Notes under the pieces: generated by a model
Told to the model about the DNA's origin: nothing
The model's database searches: none
What the model saw: the letters and a program-made list of their open reading frames with translations, nothing else
Assembly (NCBI GenBank): GCA_963674945.2
Contig: CAXXWQ010000003.1
Span: 2,208,001 to 2,272,000 of the forward strand
Length of the DNA: 64,000 nt
Source: an uncultured Desulfosarcina sp.
GTDB taxonomy: Bacteria; Desulfobacterota; Desulfobacteria; Desulfobacterales; Desulfosarcinaceae
Direction: 5' to 3'
Shown: positions 59,423-64,000 of the stretch, in pieces
How the letters are laid out: each line of letters opens with the position of its first letter
Numbering within the stretch: the stretch's first letter is position 1
Made by a program: the position numbers and the translations under genes

Positions 59423-60850
59423 ATGGCAATACGCATCTACAACACCCTGACGAAATCAAAGGAAACCTTCGAACCGCTGGTTCCCGGCCACATCAAGATG
59501 TACGTATGCGGTCCCACCGTGTATGACGATTGTCACGTGGGACATGCACGATCCGTTGTGGTTTTCGATGTCGTGGTCCGCTACCTGCGGGCCCAAGGGT
59601 ATGAGGTGACCTACATTCGCAATTTCACCGATGTGGATGACAAGATCATCAAAAGAGCAAACGAGGTTGGTGTCGATGCCGGGGAACTGGCCGAAAAATA
59701 CATCCAGGCGTTCTACCGGGACATGGATGCACTGAACGTGATGCGCGCGGACCAGGAACCAAAAGTCACCGAACACATCGACGATATCATTCAGATCGTC
59801 GAGACACTCGTAAGCAATGGGTCCGCCTACCTGGCCGATGGCGACGTCTTTTTCTCCGTGGAGTCATTCGCCGATTACGGGAAGCTTTCCGGTCGAAAGC
59901 TATCGGACATGGTGGCCGGCAGTCGGGTGGAGATCAACGAGAGCAAGAAAAATCCGTTCGACTTCGTACTGTGGAAGGCCGCCAAGCCAGGCGAACCCGC
60001 CTGGCCGAGTCCCTGGGGCCAGGGAAGGCCGGGTTGGCACATCGAATGTTCGGCCATGAGCAATCGATACCTCGGCGAGACATTCGATATCCACGGTGGC
60101 GGCAAGGATCTCATTTTTCCTCACCATGAAAACGAGATCGCCCAGTCCGAGGCCGTTCACGGGAAACCCTTTGCCCGATATTGGATGCACAATGGTTTCG
60201 TGAATATCGATAATGAAAAGATGTCCAAATCCTTGAACAATTTTCTGATGATCAAGGATATCCTGGCGACCTGCCATCCCGAGACCGTGCGTCTATTCCT
60301 GCTTTCCAATCACTATCGCAGTCCCATCGATTTCTCCGACCAGAACCTGAAGGAATCGGAGAAGGCGCTGGACAAGATCTACGGCCTGGCAAAACGTCTC
60401 GACGAATCGGGCCATTGTGCGGTGCCCGGACCGGATGCCCTCGGCGGCAGTCACTGGCAGTCCTTTTGCAAGGCGATGGATGACGATTTCAACACGGCAA
60501 AGGGAATCGGCATCCTCTTCAACCTGGTCAAAGAGGCCAACCGGTTGCTGGATGACGACAATGGTGACGAAACGCTCGCGGCCACCTTCGGCGCCGACAT
60601 GATCCGCATGGGAGGTATTCTGGGCATTCTCCAACTCGATTGGCGGGATTATTTCGACCAGAGAACCCATAGCCAACTGGAAGCCGTGGCGTTTTCAACC
60701 CAGGAAATCGATGATCTGGTGGCCGAACGAACGGCCGCCAGAAATCGAAAGGACTGGAAACGGGCCGACGAGATTCGAAATCGACTGGAGCAATCCGGTA
60801 TCGTCCTGGAAGATGGTGCACAAGGTACTACGTGGAAGGTCTCCAAATAA
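59423..60850 (+). CDS. cysS: Cysteine--tRNA ligase
   Basis: [36 protein letters not shown]. Confidence 0.97.
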   Translation: MAIRIYNTLTKSKETFEPLVPGHIKMYVCGPTVYDDCHVGHARSVVVFDVVVRYLRAQGYEVTYIRNFTDVDDKIIKRANEVGVDAGELAEKYIQAFYRDMDALNVMRADQEPKVTEHIDDIIQIVETLVSNGSAYLADGDVFFSVESFADYGKLSGRKLSDMVAGSRVEINESKKNPFDFVLWKAAKPGEPAWPSPWGQGRPGWHIECSAMSNRYLGETFDIHGGGKDLIFPHHENEIAQSEAVHGKPFARYWMHNGFVNIDNEKMSKSLNNFLMIKDILATCHPETVRLFLLSNHYRSPIDFSDQNLKESEKALDKIYGLAKRLDESGHCAVPGPDALGGSHWQSFCKAMDDDFNTAKGIGILFNLVKEANRLLDDDNGDETLAATFGADMIRMGGILGILQLDWRDYFDQRTHSQLEAVAFSTQEIDDLVAERTAARNRKDWKRADEIRNRLEQSGIVLEDGAQGTTWKVSK

Positions 60851-60947
60851 AAAGCGTTTCCAGTCCAAAAATGGCCGAACCGTATTTCGAAAGAAACTCT
60901 TTTTTCCATTATTTTGCCGATGGACGAAATGGGAAACGCTTTTTATT
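60846..60947. repeat. 102-bp element with perfect 16-bp terminal inverted repeats
   Basis: AATAAAAAGCGTTTCC (60846-60861) and GGAAACGCTTTTTATT (60932-60947); the left repeat contains the cysS stop codon. Confidence 0.75.
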
Positions 60948-61001
60948 AATCCGGTTTTCCCCGCGATCCAGTTTTCTTCTCTGTTGTCGAGTAACGAAAA
61001 A

Positions 61002-62996
<1,995 letters not shown>

Positions 62997-63001
62997 AGAA
63001 T

Positions 63002-64000
63002 ATGATTGAAGAGAGCACCATCAAAGGAATCAGCCAGAATCCCGGCGTCTATCTGATGAAGGACGAGAAGGGAAAGATCATCTACGTGGGCAAGGCCATT
63101 AATTTGCAAAAGCGGGTGGCCTCCTACTTTCAGCGGAAAGAGGCCCTTGGTCCGAAGACCGCATTGATGGTCAGCCGCATCGCCGACATCGAAACCGTGG
63201 TGACGGCATCGGAAAAAGAGGCACTGATTCTGGAGTCCAATCTGATCAAACGGCATCGCCCCCGGTTTAACGTGGTGCTAAAGGACGACAAACGATACCC
63301 TTCCATTCGCATCGACACCCGGGCGATCTATCCCAGGATCGAAATCGTGAGAAAAACCCCGAAGGACGGCACCATCTATTTCGGTCCGTTCACCTCCGCG
63401 CTTGCCATGCGGCAGACCGTCAAGATAATAAACAAGAACTTTCCTTTGCGTAAGTGCGGCGACCGGACCATGTCAAGCCGCAGCAGACCGTGTATCCACC
63501 ACCAGATCGGGCAATGCCTTGCCCCCTGCTGTCTGGCCGTGGATCCGGCTGTTTACAAAGAGGTGGTCAAGGAGGTGATCCTTTTCCTGAAGGGCCGGAC
63601 ACCCGAACTCATTCGGCGCATTCGCTCCCAGATGATGGGCGCTTCCGATCTTCAGGAATTCGAAACGGCGGCGGTGCTGCGGGATCGAATGCTGGCGTTG
63701 GAAAAGACCGTGGAACGGCAGGTTACGGTGACCACCGATTTTCTGGACAGGGATGTGATCGGCATGCATGGAAACAACGAGTTCAAAATTCTCACGATCA
63801 TGAATCTTCGCCACGGTTTTCTCCAGGGCATACGCCATTTCGAATTGACCCAGGCCGCACCAGAGCAAGGTGAACTGATATCTCAGTTCTTGGGTCAGTA
63901 TTATTTGGACGTCCACAAGATTCCCCAGGAGATTCTGGTGCCGTACCTGCCGGAAAACAAGTCCGTTGTCGAAGATGCCCTTTCCGAGCGGCGGGGGAGG
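63002..64000 (+). CDS. uvrC: Excinuclease ABC subunit C (runs off the window; absent from the ORF track)
   Basis: Hand translation MIEESTIKGISQNPGVYLMKDEKGKIIYVGKAINLQKRVASYF (GIY-YIG), then EALILESNLIK, LKDDKRYP. Confidence 0.95.
   Translation, partial: MIEESTIKGISQNPGVYLMKDEKGKIIYVGKAINLQKRVASYFQRKEALGPKTALMVSRIADIETVVTASEKEALILESNLIKRHRPRFNVVLKDDKRYPSIRIDTRAIYPRIEIVRKTPKDGTIYFGPFTSALAMRQTVKIINKNFPLRKCGDRTMSSRSRPCIHHQIGQCLAPCCLAVDPAVYKEVVKEVILFLKGRTPELIRRIRSQMMGASDLQEFETAAVLRDRMLALEKTVERQVTVTTDFLDRDVIGMHGNNEFKILTIMNLRHGFLQGIRHFELTQAAPEQGELISQFLGQYYLDVHKIPQEILVPYLPENKSVVEDALSERRGR

Noticed and set aside
60711..61001. N-terminal extension of UvrB given in the ORF track
   Set aside because: It overlaps cysS and the inverted-repeat element; UvrB similarity begins at ATG 61002.

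Overview
64 kb of a bacterial chromosome. Gene content and repeat style suggest a sulfate-reducing deltaproteobacterium of the Desulfobacterales/Desulfosarcina type; this is an inference. Housekeeping genes (lexA 3' end, asparaginase, pgi, fabH, hslO, ispF, cysS, uvrB, uvrC 5' part) are interleaved with dense signalling loci. (1) A TonB-dependent receptor / YfiR / hybrid kinase / REC-GGDEF operon. (2) An SLC5-STAC histidine kinase. (3) An uncharacterised operon: a membrane-anchored protein with ~74-aa acidic tandem repeats and C-terminal LRR-like repeats, which shares an unnamed helical domain with the exported protein encoded next to it. (4) A kinase-like/USP module with two sigma54-type promoters. 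(5) A hybrid kinase-CheR-CheB cluster with no chemoreceptor, followed by further hybrid kinases, one broken by an in-frame TAA and one by an intact IS1380-family element (TTAAA target duplication). (6) A sigma54 two-component system divergent from a Cu/Ag CusA-type RND operon with two TolC-family genes, ending in a truncated adenylate/guanylate cyclase. Non-coding structure includes four copies of a MITE-like repeat, a heptamer-armed inverted repeat and a 102-bp element with perfect 16-bp terminal inverted repeats. No rRNA, tRNA or CRISPR array was recognised. All family assignments come from motif recognition by eye, not database searches.
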